Below the pieces are notes generated by a model. It did no database searches and had not been told where the DNA came from. It saw only the letters and a program-made list of their open reading frames with translations. Shown one piece after another: positions 25,626 to 38,464 of a stretch of 64,000 bases of DNA (its first letter is position 1; the number at the start of each line of letters is the position of its first letter). Both the position numbers and the translations under genes were made by a program. The DNA is from Octopus sinensis (lineage: Eukaryota), in the NCBI RefSeq assembly GCF_006345805.1, contig NC_043011.1, positions 58,540,464 through 58,604,463 of the forward strand, in the 5' to 3' direction.

Positions 25626-25725
25626 AAGGGCTTAGTAAATAAATTACTTTGCCGATACTGAACTCATAGAAATAGCAGCTAAAAAACTTTTAAAGCTATT
25701 TCTAATACTTAAGAAATCTCTTCAT
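25626..25725 (-). mobile_element. Possible Penelope-like terminal fragment with degenerate HHR-like core
   Basis: Minus strand (a)TGAAGA-gatttcttaagtatta-GAAATAGCTTTA; between TA runs; 10-bp internal IR tagaaatagc/gctatttcta. Confidence 0.4.
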
Positions 25726-25824
25726 ATATATGTTTTGAATATTTGAATTCGCTTGAAGGTCCCTTTGCATACTGAACACTTGTGAAATTGATTATAATAA
25801 TTATTTTGCCCTCAATTGTTGAAA

Positions 25825-25872
<48 letters not shown>

Positions 25873-26534
25873 ATATAATATATATTATATATATAGTTTC
25901 CAGTGTCTATTCTCATTTCTTTCTTTAATCAGTTTTTTGGAAAGCATTTGTATCTTTCATGTTGAATTCTCAAATTCTCGTGCCGAACGAGATAAAACGT
26001 TCGCCAACCTGCGATATGTTCGATAGTTTGCAAATGTAATCAAGAGAATCGACCCCAACGCGAATTGCCTGATAAACCCAATTTCTTAAAGCAGATAACT
26101 TTGTGCGGTAGGAAACCCTATCTGATGTTTCTGTGGAAGTCATTTCATTGAAGAACATATCAGCTGGAAGGCTGTCGATAAAGCTGATGTGTTGGAATAT
26201 CTTCAGGGATTAGCGTACAATTATCGGCATTGCTTATGTTTCCATACGTAGCGTGGTTACATAAATCAGCCAAGCAACGTATTAAGATTTCGTAAGTATT
26301 TACTAGATTGGGAAATGAACGTTCTTCTTTTTGTTAATACGTTGTTGGACTAAAACACTTAACTATCGCTTGTACTTTAGGATGAACGCTGTCTATGATT
26401 AGAGTCTGATGAGTCATTATTTTGCGGGAATAAATTATGTTACTTATGAAAGGTGTGACAGACCTTTCATGGTATTATGTCTGTATAAACTACCTTAAAT
26501 ATTGACTCAGTGAAAGATCGAATATATCCAAGAC

Positions 26535-26765
26535 GACGGCGAGCTGGCAGAAATATTCGAACGCCGGGCGAAATGCGTAGCCGTATTTCGTCTGCCGTAA
26601 CATTCTGAGTTCAAATTCCGCCGAGGTCGACTTTGCCTTTCATCCTTTCAGGGTCAATGAAATAAATACCAGTTATGCACTGGGGTCGATGTAATCGACT
26701 TAATCCGTTTGTTTGTCCTTGTTTATCCCCTCTGTGTTTAGCCTCTTGTGGTTAGTAAAGAAATA
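26535..26765 (+). mobile_element. SINE family A
   Basis: Matches 2212-2442. Confidence 0.92.
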
Positions 26766-27034
26766 TATATCGAAGAATAATTATACTATGGGTTGTAAAT
26801 GCGTTTGATAGAAGCAAATCCTTCTTCGGGAGAACCTTACATCGATGCATAAATAACGGTATACTACAATGATGCAGGGATGGAAGTGTAAGAAGATTCA
26901 TTTCTATTCATTTGTCCTCGACCCAAGTTGAAACCCAATGTGCGGCATATTCTGAAAGTGTCTCCTACCGCAACCCAGGACTGGCATGGTGAATTACTTA
27001 TTAATGAATGTGATAACAGGAAAAGATAATTGCA

Positions 27035-27297
27035 TGTGTGTGTGTGTGTGTGTGTGTGTATGAGTATGTATGTGCCTGCACGCCATTATATTTGCACCAC
27101 TACTTGATCGCGGATGTAAAATTCTCTACCTCCTCCCAGCATACCAACTTAGCGTTCCGGTAAAATGATCGGACAAAATAAGAAGTAGAATGAAAATAAG
27201 CTCTGGCCTCGATTTCATCGGCAAAAATCTACTTCAGCACCTTGTCGTCCGAGTATGGCTGCAGTTCAGTAAATGAAATAGGTAAAAGAATAATGAA
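27035..27297 (+). mobile_element. Old SINE family B 3' half
   Basis: (TG)n followed by diverged aacttagcgttccggtaaaa...agtatggctgcagttcagtaaatgaaataggtaaaagaa. Confidence 0.6.
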
Positions 27298-27398
27298 TGC
27301 GAATTGAATAAATCCCAAAATTGACGGAAATTTCAGGCTTACAGAAAAAGAAAAACTGAACAAGATAAAACAGCTACTAATTAACTATTTGGTCTTAT

Positions 27399-27419
27399 AT
27401 CTATCTATCTATCTATCTA

Positions 27420-27479
<60 letters not shown>

Positions 27480-27690
27480 AATCTATCTATCTATCTATCA
27501 ATCTATCTATCTATCTATCTATCTACCTACCTATCTATCTATTTATCTATCTACCTATATATCTACCTATCTATTTATTTATCTATCTATCTATCCATCT
27601 ATCTATCTATCTATCTATCTATCTGTCAATCTATCTGTCAATCTATCTATTTATCTATCTATCTATCTACCTATCTACCTACCTATCTAT

Positions 27691-27786
<96 letters not shown>
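27399..27786. repeat. Long (ATCT)n / GATA microsatellite
   Basis: Seen directly, about 390 bp. Confidence 0.97.
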
Positions 27787-29330
27787 GTGTGTGTGTACAC
27801 ATATAATGAACGAAAAATTTTTGAAAACGATCCAAACAAAAGAACAAAAGACATACTTAAGCAAATGATGAGCGTCTTTTTCAGAGGAACAAAAATATAA
27901 AATCAAACATCAGATCGTGTCGTATTGGATCCGAAAAATGATCAGAATCAGATATCAAAGTCATGACCAAAAGAATTGAAAAAACGAAAAGAAAAATGAA
28001 AAGGACACATGAAGAAATAGAACAAAAAAATAGGCATAGCAAGAAGTCATTTAGGGAATACGAAGTTAGCTATGGAAATGGAAGCGTATTGTCGGCAAAT
28101 ATGCAAGACAGCTATTGAGCATAGTCAAAAAGTATACAGCAACAGAAAGGGGAATTATTTACGAAAAGAAACAAAAACGAAGGAAAGAAAGTATTAACGG
28201 TTTCAAATATTTTTAACGTTATGAGCATTGTGTAGAATTGATGGTAGGAAACTATATATCAGTTATTTTATACATGCACACGGTAATAAGTATCTTCAGA
28301 GGCCATTACCCTCTCATCGTGTTTCTTCGTTGTCAATGGAATCTTTGACTGTCAATGGCCGCTCAGATAACTACTCAGTCTCGCTGCAGATCTGCATGGT
28401 TTGAAGCACCAATGTCAGGCAGAAGTTATCATTACTACTGCATCGGTCAGGTAAATTTCGGATATAAGGTGCCTTCCGCTATCAAAGCTTCAAACGTTTT
28501 TAACTTGAAGTTGAACGGATTAAAATATTTTTAACGTTGAGCAATGCGTAGAATTGATGGATTTTTGGGACGAAAGCATAAGGAAGGTATCTTGGTGATA
28601 AGGGTGTTTTCTATGATTTTCTGACTGATTCACTCGAGTGTTGCTCATGAATGTTTATCAAGGAAATAGGAAATGAGCCCCGAAGGATTCAGTAGTGGAG
28701 AAAATATAAAATATGAATAATAAACGATCAGCGTTTCTCTGGATTACGAGACTAGTGCATGGTTTCTATTAAAACAAACACGGTATACCAAAGTTCCGTA
28801 AACTACACAGGAATAAGATTTTACGATGAGCATAAACCATGCCGGAAAATGGATGCATGTTTTCAAAGACGAAAAGCAGCTGAACATGAGAGGAAGAGGC
28901 ATTTTATGACATTTCACCACTAAGGAAAAAAGTAGAACTATAATATTCTACAAAAATTCTTAGAAGAATGAAGCCATTCTATATAAGCGAAAAAGAAAAC
29001 GGTGGGGATTACAAAGGACGGAGGAGAAAAAATAAAAAGAGAAGAGAGATAAACAAAATAATGATAGAGACTGACGGTGATGATTAGTTTAGGGATAAGA
29101 AATGTTGTTTTCATCTTGACTCTTTTGCAGAGATCAGAGGTTACTTCCTGCTATTATAATACGAATCTAAAATATTCTCGTTTCACTTCAGGCTGGACAG
29201 AGTTGCATCTTAGACATAAACATTCATATTTAGCCTCGTCTAGAAATATATCCTTATTATAGTTTAAGTCAGAAGTTCTTTCTTACTGTTTTTTTCTTGT
29301 TGGTTTTGCTATTCTTATAGCCGATGTTGC

Positions 29331-29370
<40 letters not shown>

Positions 29371-30205
29371 AATGTTGTTCAATAACATTCGTTACCGCCT
29401 GCAGTTGTCGAATTAATAGAAGTAGAATGAGTGTAAATTATGTTTTAACGTCTGTTTTCTTTTAAAGCTATTTCACTTGGAGAGGTTTCAGATTTGGATA
29501 TGGAAGCCATGTATACACAATGTCTAGGTGACAGCTGCAGTATGTTCGTAAGTTAGTTTGCATGTGTGTGTGTGCGTGTATATTTGTGTGTATACGTTTG
29601 TGTATGTGTGTGCGTGTGTTTGTGCGCGCGCGTATGTGAGTGTGTGCTGGTGCATGTCTGTAGGTTTAATACACAATTATATGCGCCAGTAAACAATATC
29701 GTCACGTATCAATGGAACAGTAACAATTCACCAATTCCGTTTAGCAAATAGTCCACTAAAACAAAATGCATATATTTGGGAAATTGTATAGAAACGTCCC
29801 CTTAACAGAGAAGGGGATGCATTTCATCTGGAATATAAAAATTAGCAGCACTTAGTGTATTCGGCGTGTATAAACTGTGACGCCAGAACAATTCTCATTA
29901 TCAACAATGGCCATCAAAATTGTTGGAGCTTGTCCTGCTTAAACGTCACGCTAGAATTTATATTTGTGTCTACTAGAAGAGTAACTGATTCCGATCTAGC
30001 AAAACCTTTCACTGAACCAAAAATAAACCGTTCCAGATGAATGTAAAGTGGATGGCATGGATGAATAATTTGGTGACATTTCTTGAATTATTCCTCATCA
30101 GTCAAAATAGGTACGACTATGGTAGTCAGCTGGGTGTGTTTTGTTTCTTAAATTATAATCTGATAAAGCAGATTATATTTCATAATAAAATAATTTTAAT
30201 ATCTC

Positions 30206-30436
30206 TATTTCTTTACTGCCCACAAGGGGCTAAACATAGAGGGAACAAACAAGGACAGACAAAGGGATTAAGTCGATTATATCAACCCCAGTGCGTAACT
30301 GGTACTTAATTTATCGACCCCGAAAGGATGAAAGGCAAAGTCAACCTCGGCGGAATTTGAACTCAGAACCTAACGACAGACGAAATACCGCTAAGCATTT
30401 CGCCCAGCGCGCTAACGCTTCTGCCAGCTCGCCGCC
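30206..30436 (-). mobile_element. SINE family A with TSD ataattttaatatc
   Basis: Reverse complement of 2212-2442 type. Confidence 0.92.
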
Positions 30437-31218
30437 TTATAATTTTAATATCCTCTTCTTATGTACTGGATCCTCGATTATATTACCAAACTCTTTGTGT
30501 ACGACAGAAGAATGTGATTTCGAGAAGGACTGGCTGCTATTTCTAGTAAGTCGTGGGACGACATAATAGTTACGTCGTTAAGTCGTTTAATTTATTATTT
30601 TCTTTGGATTCAGCGTATCATCGACCCGGTCCAGCAGATGTCCTTCATAGGGATTCGAGATCTGTCTCTTACTTTATTTTTTTCCCTCTTCATTTTTTTT
30701 TTTTTGAGAGAATGTTTAAAATCTCACAATAAACAACGTAACTTTTAGTTGTTTAAAACAAGAAAAAGGAAGTCTTAATCCTTAGCTAGTCTGAACATGG
30801 CCGTAAATGCCAAAAACAGGTCACAAAAGAATCTACGTATGTACAGTGGTTTGCCTAACTTAGGTTGCGCCCTACACAACATAACAACACGCCATGAATG
30901 TGACAAGGTTAGTCTATCAGCTGCGGGCTTCAATCATCATATGAAAGTTGACGGTGACCGACAATTGACTCCTGTTTTGTGTGGGAACAATTATTCATGT
31001 AACATATTTGCTAGATAGTGTAAATTACTTTCTGACTTGAAATGTCTCAGCTGTGCTACTCACATATCAGACCGATTCAATAATGCTTCAAGCGATGGCT
31101 ATACTCGTGAACAAAGAAGCAGTCATCTTGTAAACATATGTTTGTGTGTGTATGTGTATGTATAGGCACACACACTCACATACACACACAAACACACACA
31201 AATACACACGCATAAAAT

Positions 31219-31312
31219 TATGAGGAAGAGCGTAGCCTCGAAACGTCAAAAACGTTTCCATTTCTCCCTAGCGTCAAACAAATACATTTAGCCTGTTGTT
31301 TTAGACATTTGA
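31219..31312 (+). mobile_element. 5'-truncated P1-like mini-element with HHR-like core
   Basis: ATGAGGA-A-GAGC gtag CCTC-GAAACGT-(24 nt)-GCGTC-aaa; between (CA) and (TA) arrays. Confidence 0.6.
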
Positions 31313-31330
31313 CACACACATGCCCCCCCC

Positions 31331-31440
<110 letters not shown>

Positions 31441-32157
31441 GAATACATTTCATATATACATTGTGACAGAGAAACGTGTTTTATTTTCTTTATTTACATA
31501 GATTAGTAGTCTCGTATCACTCAACAGAGGTGTTGTTCTTAATGCTTGTGATGTGTAATTAATTATCGTGAATTATATTACTTAAATGTACTAAAATCTT
31601 CTATACAAAACCTCTAAAATTTGAAAATGTATATCTTCGTTATGTTACTTTTTTCTATTTCTGCCAAGTATATTTGTAATTCGAGTACATGTATTGTTTA
31701 TTATCATTTTATATCTTCCGTGTTATCTATTTTGATCGACGATGTATTTTATTCTCCTTATCTTTAATGTTTCGCTGTGTTTATAATGCACTGAAAGAAT
31801 TTATTTATCATTATTTATGATACTTCGCTTCGAATTTATTTCTTTTTTTCCCCTTTTTAATAGTACTCTAACCTTTCCGCCTACATTTCAGAAGTTCGCT
31901 ACGCGTTTTCTCGAGTGTTGCTTAGTTGAGAAGCTTTTATGACACTTTTCTCAAGATATTTTATTTCTTTATTAAGTTGTAAATTATCTCTAATTGTGAA
32001 ACAAGACTGGCAATCATATTCGGGAAAGATAAATGCAGTTATTTCCACTTAATTGTCTTGTATGAAGAATTTTAGACTTAGCTATTGTTTTTTTATATGC
32101 AGTAATATAAGATATACCTTTACACGCACACACACAGATAACTCATACACATTTATG

Positions 32158-32205
<48 letters not shown>

Positions 32206-32465
32206 GACAGAGAGAGATAGACAATCAGACAGAGAGAGAGAGAGCGAGAGAGAGAGAGCGAGAGAGAGATAGAGATAAATATATACATACATATATACAC
32301 ATATACATACATACTTACATGCATACATACATACATACATATATACATACATACATACATACATACATACATACATACATACATACAAGAAAGTCCTTGT
32401 TAATATGATATGTATACATTGTTTATTACCGATAAGTGTCCAGCTATCTATCACTTGATATAATA

Positions 32466-33253
32466 CTAGTAGTATCGCCCGGCGTTGCTCGGGTTTGTTT
32501 CGACCCTTTAGAATTGGAATTTTTGAAAAGTAAAAATTTTGCATTATGTAGCTTGTTATTCTCTTTAAGTGAACATTTTTCTTGTTGAAATACACCGAAA
32601 AATGGCGACACAGCAGTCAAAAAAATCGTTAAAAAATAGGGATTTTCATAGAAAAAAGCACCTTTTTCATGTAAATAATTTTTGGTGTTAAGATGGTCCG
32701 ATTTGAATTTTTCTTCTACGGAATGAAGAGCAAGCGATCTTCTATCATACTCTCAATTTTGGTCAACTTGCGCCGCAGGGTCTCGGAGGAGATAGTGTTA
32801 GTTGAAGGCTACCAAACCTGCCATACGCAGGCAACTTCAACTTTATATATATCTTTATATATAAAAGAAAGGTTGTGTGTCTGTCTACTCCGATTTAGAT
32901 TCCTAACTACTCCCACATTTTGCGGTGCAGTTTAACCAAAACCGGGTATCTTATAGTCCTGATTCATATCGAGCCCTTCTGGGTATTAGCGCGCGTCTAC
33001 GATGAGTCTACGATTTTAAAAATAATTTACCATCATCTTTTTCCATTGTAATGCATTTTTTCGCTATTATATAAGGGAAGTAACTCTCTAAAAATGTCTA
33101 CGATGAGTCAACGATTTAAAAAAAATTTACCATCATTTTTTTCCCATTTTTAATGCATTTTTTTGCTATTTTTTGGCTATAACTCTCTAAAAATGCTTAT
33201 ATAGTTATTTCCCTTGCAAACACAAGCAACGCCGGGCGATACTGCTAGTTAGA
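32466..33253 (-). mobile_element. Non-autonomous Helitron H1, interrupted by H2
   Basis: Minus-strand 3' end cccgagcaacgccgggcgatactaCTAG|T; removing H2 restores the 5' end A|TCTAATATATATAAAG. Confidence 0.8.
32852..33248 (+). mobile_element. Non-autonomous Helitron H2 nested in H1
   Basis: A|TCTTTATATATAAAAG...gcaacgccgggcgatactgCTAG|T, no TSD. Confidence 0.85.
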
Positions 33254-33287
33254 TATATTTTATGTGTAATAAATATTATATGTCTTA

Positions 33288-33665
33288 CTAGCAGTATCGC
33301 CCGGCGTTGCTCGGGTTTGTAAGGGAAATAACTATAAAGCATTTTTAGAGTGTTATAGCCAAAAAATAGCAAAAAAATGGGGAAAAAAATGATGGTAAAA
33401 TTTTTTTTGATAGTTAAAATGGTCGAGTTGCGTCCCCTAGACCATCTGTGTTCTGATTGTCGACCCCATGTCGAATTTATCGATCTTTTTCAGAACTGGG
33501 GGAACTTTTCAAAATTTTCGCTGCGTTAGTTTTGAATTATGACATTGGGCTATGTGTGTGTCAAGTTTCATCAGAATCGGTTGAAAGCCGTGGTCAGGGT
33601 GAGGGTACAACCTCACAGACACACAGAAACACGCACAGACAAACTGCCGTTTATATATAGAGAGA
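33288..33665 (-). mobile_element. Non-autonomous Helitron H3
   Basis: Minus strand TCTCTCTATATATAAACGG...cccgagcaacgccgggcgatactgCTAG|T; last ~120 bp similar to H2. Confidence 0.82.
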
Positions 33666-33693
33666 CTATTATTATTAATATTATTATTATTAA

Positions 33694-33744
<51 letters not shown>

Positions 33745-33832
33745 TGTTGTTGTTGTTGTTGTTATTATCATTCTTCTTCTTCTTCTTCTTCTTCTTCTTA
33801 TTATTATTATTATTATTATTGTTATTATTATT
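33666..33832. repeat. Compound (TTA)/(TTG)/(TTC) microsatellite
   Basis: Seen directly; it forms the tail or target of the adjacent LINE. Confidence 0.95.
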
Positions 33833-34654
33833 CCTTCGTAACACTGTGTAGGTAAAAATGCGCCGGAGACTGTAGTCATCTCTCAAGTTGCAGCAAGGAC
33901 TTCAGATAGATAATTCTTTCCTTAAGATGTGCGCTGTGCCCAATAAGGCTGCTTTTTGCAAGACATCAATCTTGCATGGGATTTCCAGTAGCCTTAACAC
34001 GTCTTGAAATTTCAATGGGATTGAGCCCAATGCTCCGATCACCACTGGTATCACTTTCACATTACCCTCTTGCATTCCATACAGTCTGTTTAATTCGGAA
34101 TACTTGATGATTTTATTCAACATCTTTACTCATAACATTCATGTTATTTGCTATGACAACGTCAATGATCTGACAGTATTTGTCTCTCTTATTCAAAATG
34201 ACAATATCCGGTCGACGGTTTTCGATTGCATGATCCGTCTGAAAATCATAGTCCCAGAGTATCGTTACTTTTCTATCTTCCTGCATGACTTTACTTGGTA
34301 CATGCTCATACCAGTTCTCTGTTACTTCATATTGGTATTTACGACATAAGAGCCAATGAAGATACCCACACATTTTATCGTGGCGGCGTTTGTATTCTTT
34401 TTCTGCAAGGCTCTCACATCCACATTTACCACATTTTTCCCACAGAGTCTGCATTCCTGGGTGTCAGGAGTTTCATAGATATTATACTTCACTGAATTGG
34501 TAGCGAGAGCCTGGTCTTGAGCAGCAATGATAAGGCTTTCGGTGGTACGCTTCAAATCACCTCACTCAAGCTATACCCACGGTGCTGTATCATCCTTAAC
34601 ATCTTTAGTATTCCTTTCAAACAGTCCATGCATTCTCATTTCAAGAAGCTATTC
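33833..34654 (-). mobile_element. 5'-truncated R4/Dong-clade non-LTR retrotransposon (Zn knuckle plus restriction-like endonuclease), pseudogenised
   Basis: ORF pieces 34555-34322, 34454-34113 and 34123-33902 join as TESLIIAAQDQAL...CRLC...YKRRHD...ILWD...RRPDIV...IIDV...KIIKY...PVVIGALG...LQKAALLGTAHILRK; (TAA)n on both sides. Confidence 0.9.
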
Positions 34655-34685
<31 letters not shown>

Positions 34686-34802
34686 CAAAAGCAACAGAGT
34701 GGCACATGCGCCCGAGTTTCGTGCATTACAACTTGTCAAAAAACTGATAAGTGCTAACCTACGAAATCCTCAGTCTTTCTGTAATACTCTTACTTCTAGT
34801 CG

Positions 34803-34856
<54 letters not shown>

Positions 34857-35693
34857 TATATGTATGTATATTTGTAAATATATATAAATATATATATATA
34901 TACTTGTATATATACATATACGTCTATGTATACTTGTATATATATATATATATATATATGGTTATATATATATGGCTAATTGTACGTCTCTCTATATATA
35001 TGTGTGTATGTGTGTTTGTTGTGTGCGCATGAACGTATACGCAGTGAATGTATGGTCATGTACATATAATGGCTGTATATAAACTTAAATGCAATACGCA
35101 GCAAATAACCATGCTTGTATATACGCAAACCCGTGTTTCTGTGTGATTTTGTGTGTTTCTGTCTGCTTTTGTGTGAATATGCGTGCGTGCCACATCATTT
35201 CGTGACATAAAAGATTCGTGCCACAAGTACTTCGTGTCGTTAAGATAAAAAGAACTTTAATTTAAGAACAATGAGAAGGGGTGAAAAAGTGTGAAGATTA
35301 AAAAGAGAAATGACGATTACTTAAGAGTTATACAATGATACTCGAATAATCATTATTATTTTGTGAGGACAAATGCTCCAAAAAGACAACGAACGTAATT
35401 AATTTTTTTGTGACTGATATATAATATTTGAATCTATTATGATTTTCTGAAAATTTCGGATTTCAAGATATATTTCCATGAAGTATACGGTTTTCAAATA
35501 ATATTTACGAAGGTGGACAGTCAACGTTGCTTGTTGATGGTCATATACGACATCCTTCTTTCTCCATAGCAGAAGATAATACTGTACAATTTCATATGAA
35601 AATCTACAACTACATAATTGCGTTTTGAAGATATCTGTTTGTGTTCAGTAAATGTTTTGCATAATTTTAAATGTTGTTATAGACATATTCATC

Positions 35694-35875
35694 GCAGGCG
35701 TGGCTGTCAGGGAAGAAGCTTGCTTTCCAACCACGTGGTCCCGAGTTCAGTCCCAGTGCGCCGCAAGTTCCTTGTACTAGAACATTGTGCCCCGTAACTG
35801 GATTTGGTAGATGGAAACGGAAAATTTCCCCGTCCTGAATATATAGTATATAAAGTATATAAAGTATATAGTATA

Positions 35876-35943
<68 letters not shown>

Positions 35944-36135
35944 TATATAGAAGGAGCTTCTACAGGACTAGAACTGTTTCATTCAAGAGAAATCTTCAGG
36001 AATCTTCCTGAAGATTTCTCTTGAATGAAACAGTTCTAGTCCTGTAGAAGCTCCTTCTATATAATAAATTAATTTTACTCTGCTATGTATTGAGTACCTT
36101 ATTTACTGTGATTAACCCCGAATCAACCCGGGACC

Positions 36136-36180
<45 letters not shown>

Positions 36181-36187
36181 TATATAT

Positions 36188-36276
<89 letters not shown>

Positions 36277-36448
36277 ATGTGTATGTTTTTTTCTGTCTTT
36301 GTTTCCCAAACAGCATTTAACAACCGGTGTTGGTTTGTTTACGTCCCTGTAATCTAGCTGTTTCGCGAAAGAGGCAGAGCATAGATAAGTACTGGGGTTC
36401 CGAAACAGGTTTTTTGTAGTTTTGTTGAAACCAGTAAAAGAATAAAAG
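35694..36448 (+). mobile_element. Diverged SINE family B copy whose internal (TA)n hosts the hairpin element
   Basis: Head at 35694-35835 and tail half at 36290-36448 are both recognisable. Confidence 0.75.
35938..36138 (+). mobile_element. Fold-back Penelope-like mini-insertion: perfect 65-bp inverted repeat, HHR-like core and tail
   Basis: 35938-36002 is the exact reverse complement of 36005-36069; CTGAAGA 36008-36014, GAAAC 36027-36031, GTC 36039-36041. Confidence 0.75.
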
Positions 36449-37140
36449 TGTAAAAAAAATATGGTTGCCATGTTTTAGAAGTATTATTCGACTAAGGCAA
36501 CTTGGAGTTGCAATATAATTGTATGAAGGTTCGTAATGTTGATCTTCAATATTATTTCAAGAGTTTTCTTACCGGTGAAGAGAAATTGAATTTAAGGTGA
36601 TCGTACATCGCATAAAGAGCAGTCACTGGATTTATGAGTTAAAGAATCTCCTCCTCACTTTTAATCAATAATGTCAAAATCAGTTCATTCTGTGAATGAA
36701 CTGATGTCTTTTTGTGTGTCGTTTTTTTTTTCTTTTCTGAATGTGTGATGATAATTAAAAATCTCAATGCATTAAAAACTACGAGTGATCAACATTGTAT
36801 GACTGCATTTAAGATTATAATGCGCAGCATTAAACGGAAACGCCAAGGAAAATTATCAAGTACAGATTCCTTTTCACCACATCAACGCAGCAGCTCATAG
36901 CACCACCGTTTCTGCAGTGAATCCATTCATCAAAATCACGTCACAATTCTTCCGTAGCAGTGCTACCATCTTCACCTTGCTCTCTGCAATTATCACCTCT
37001 TTTTTCAGCTGAGCAAAAGGTTAAAGTGTGACCGTCGTTAAAGCAACGCAAAATCTTCAAAAAAATCTTTCGAAACCGCCAGAAAACTTATCATTTTCAA
37101 CACCAGTATTACATTTGTTGCTGTTGTTGTTACTACTATT

Positions 37141-37583
37141 AAGTGAGAGAGCAGTGCATGGCATTAATGTGATACGAAGCCTAATATACCTATCATAACT
37201 ACCCGTCTGATAAGGATGTACCAGGTACAAGTATCACAACCACATGTGCACGACATAGTGATCTCATATCAAGACTAACAACGCATGGCCTTGCATTTGA
37301 AGCCCATTTCGAATTTTCTTCAGTTCGAGTAGCTGATACCTCTCAAAGGTTCCTGAATAAGGGTTGTTTAAAGATGATGAACGAAACACCCGTTTCCAAA
37401 GGTGAGTTATTCAAACGCCAAATAATCCCTCTCATTACATGGCTATTACGCTCCCCCACTACTTCTGCTCGTGATCAGAGATGCACATATCGTCAGGCAC
37501 TAAGAGACATGCTCAACTGGTTAAGGTCAAACAACTGGCTAGCAAACTGTGGTAGTGAGCAGAATATTTGCTGTAGGCCATCT
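37141..37583 (-). mobile_element. Probable LINE 3' UTR or unclassified interspersed repeat
   Basis: GC-richer block ending on the minus strand in an (AAT/AGT/AAC)n tail at 37116-37140; no protein motif seen. Confidence 0.35.
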
Positions 37584-37599
37584 GTAGCCCAAATTTGGC

Positions 37600-37735
37600 A
37601 CAAGGCCAGTAATTTCGATCGAAAGGTAAATGGATTCAATCGATCCCATTAAGATGAAAGACAAATCGACTTCGGCGTAATTTGTCGCTAAGGTTTTTGC
37701 TCGGTTTGCTAACGATTCCGCCCTCCGACGGCCTT
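37600..37735 (-). mobile_element. Old SINE family A fragment
   Basis: gatgaaagacaaatcgacttcggcgtaattt...gctaacgattccgcc. Confidence 0.6.
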
Positions 37736-38313
37736 TGTCCAACTTTTAATATTTAAGTATAATTAAGTGTGTGGAATGTAAAAAATCCAAAGAGTGGCAG
37801 ATGAGCGACTGGATTTTCGTCTTGTAGATATTTAGCTTCTGAATGAATTCAAATTTTTGCGATGTGAATGATGCTTGCCTTCAATTCGTGGTCCATAAAA
37901 TGAAGAAATTGTTAAGAAATCTGCTCGGTATAATCGGCTTGCGCTACCATTATGGTTGTCGGCCTAGGGCCCATAATGGAGAGAATCATTAATCTACAAT
38001 CGATCAGATACTGGTATCTAATAAGAAAACACAATTCGTTATATCTTTTCCCAAAATATCTGCAGAAAATTTAGAAGACAATATTTATTCTAAATAATTA
38101 TTTTAACAATAGATTTAACATGAATGAAGATTAAATAACAATATTTGTTAAGATATGATTGTTATTTGATACTTTCATCTAATTTAGCCTCTTAACTCAT
38201 AGCATGCAAATGATAACGTTGATGGCAATAACAATATTTTTTTCCAATATGGAGAGAATTCATTTAAAATAAATATATTAAATTTCTGGTTGTAAAATTA
38301 AATTGAAAAAGCA

Positions 38314-38464
<151 letters not shown>

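Noticed and set aside
27860-28140. Possible decayed RTE fragment (SYWIRK...KGHM)
   Set aside because: Too degenerate to support by eye.
32466-33248. MITE with ~30-bp terminal inverted repeats
   Set aside because: It is better explained as the 3' ends of two opposed Helitrons (TC/CTAG ends, AT target, split H1 5' end).
34711-34755. Short match to the CR1 3' end at 60342-60368 (gtgca..acaacttgtcaaaaa)
   Set aside because: About 22 bp only; probably a tiny related 3' end, but not enough to annotate.
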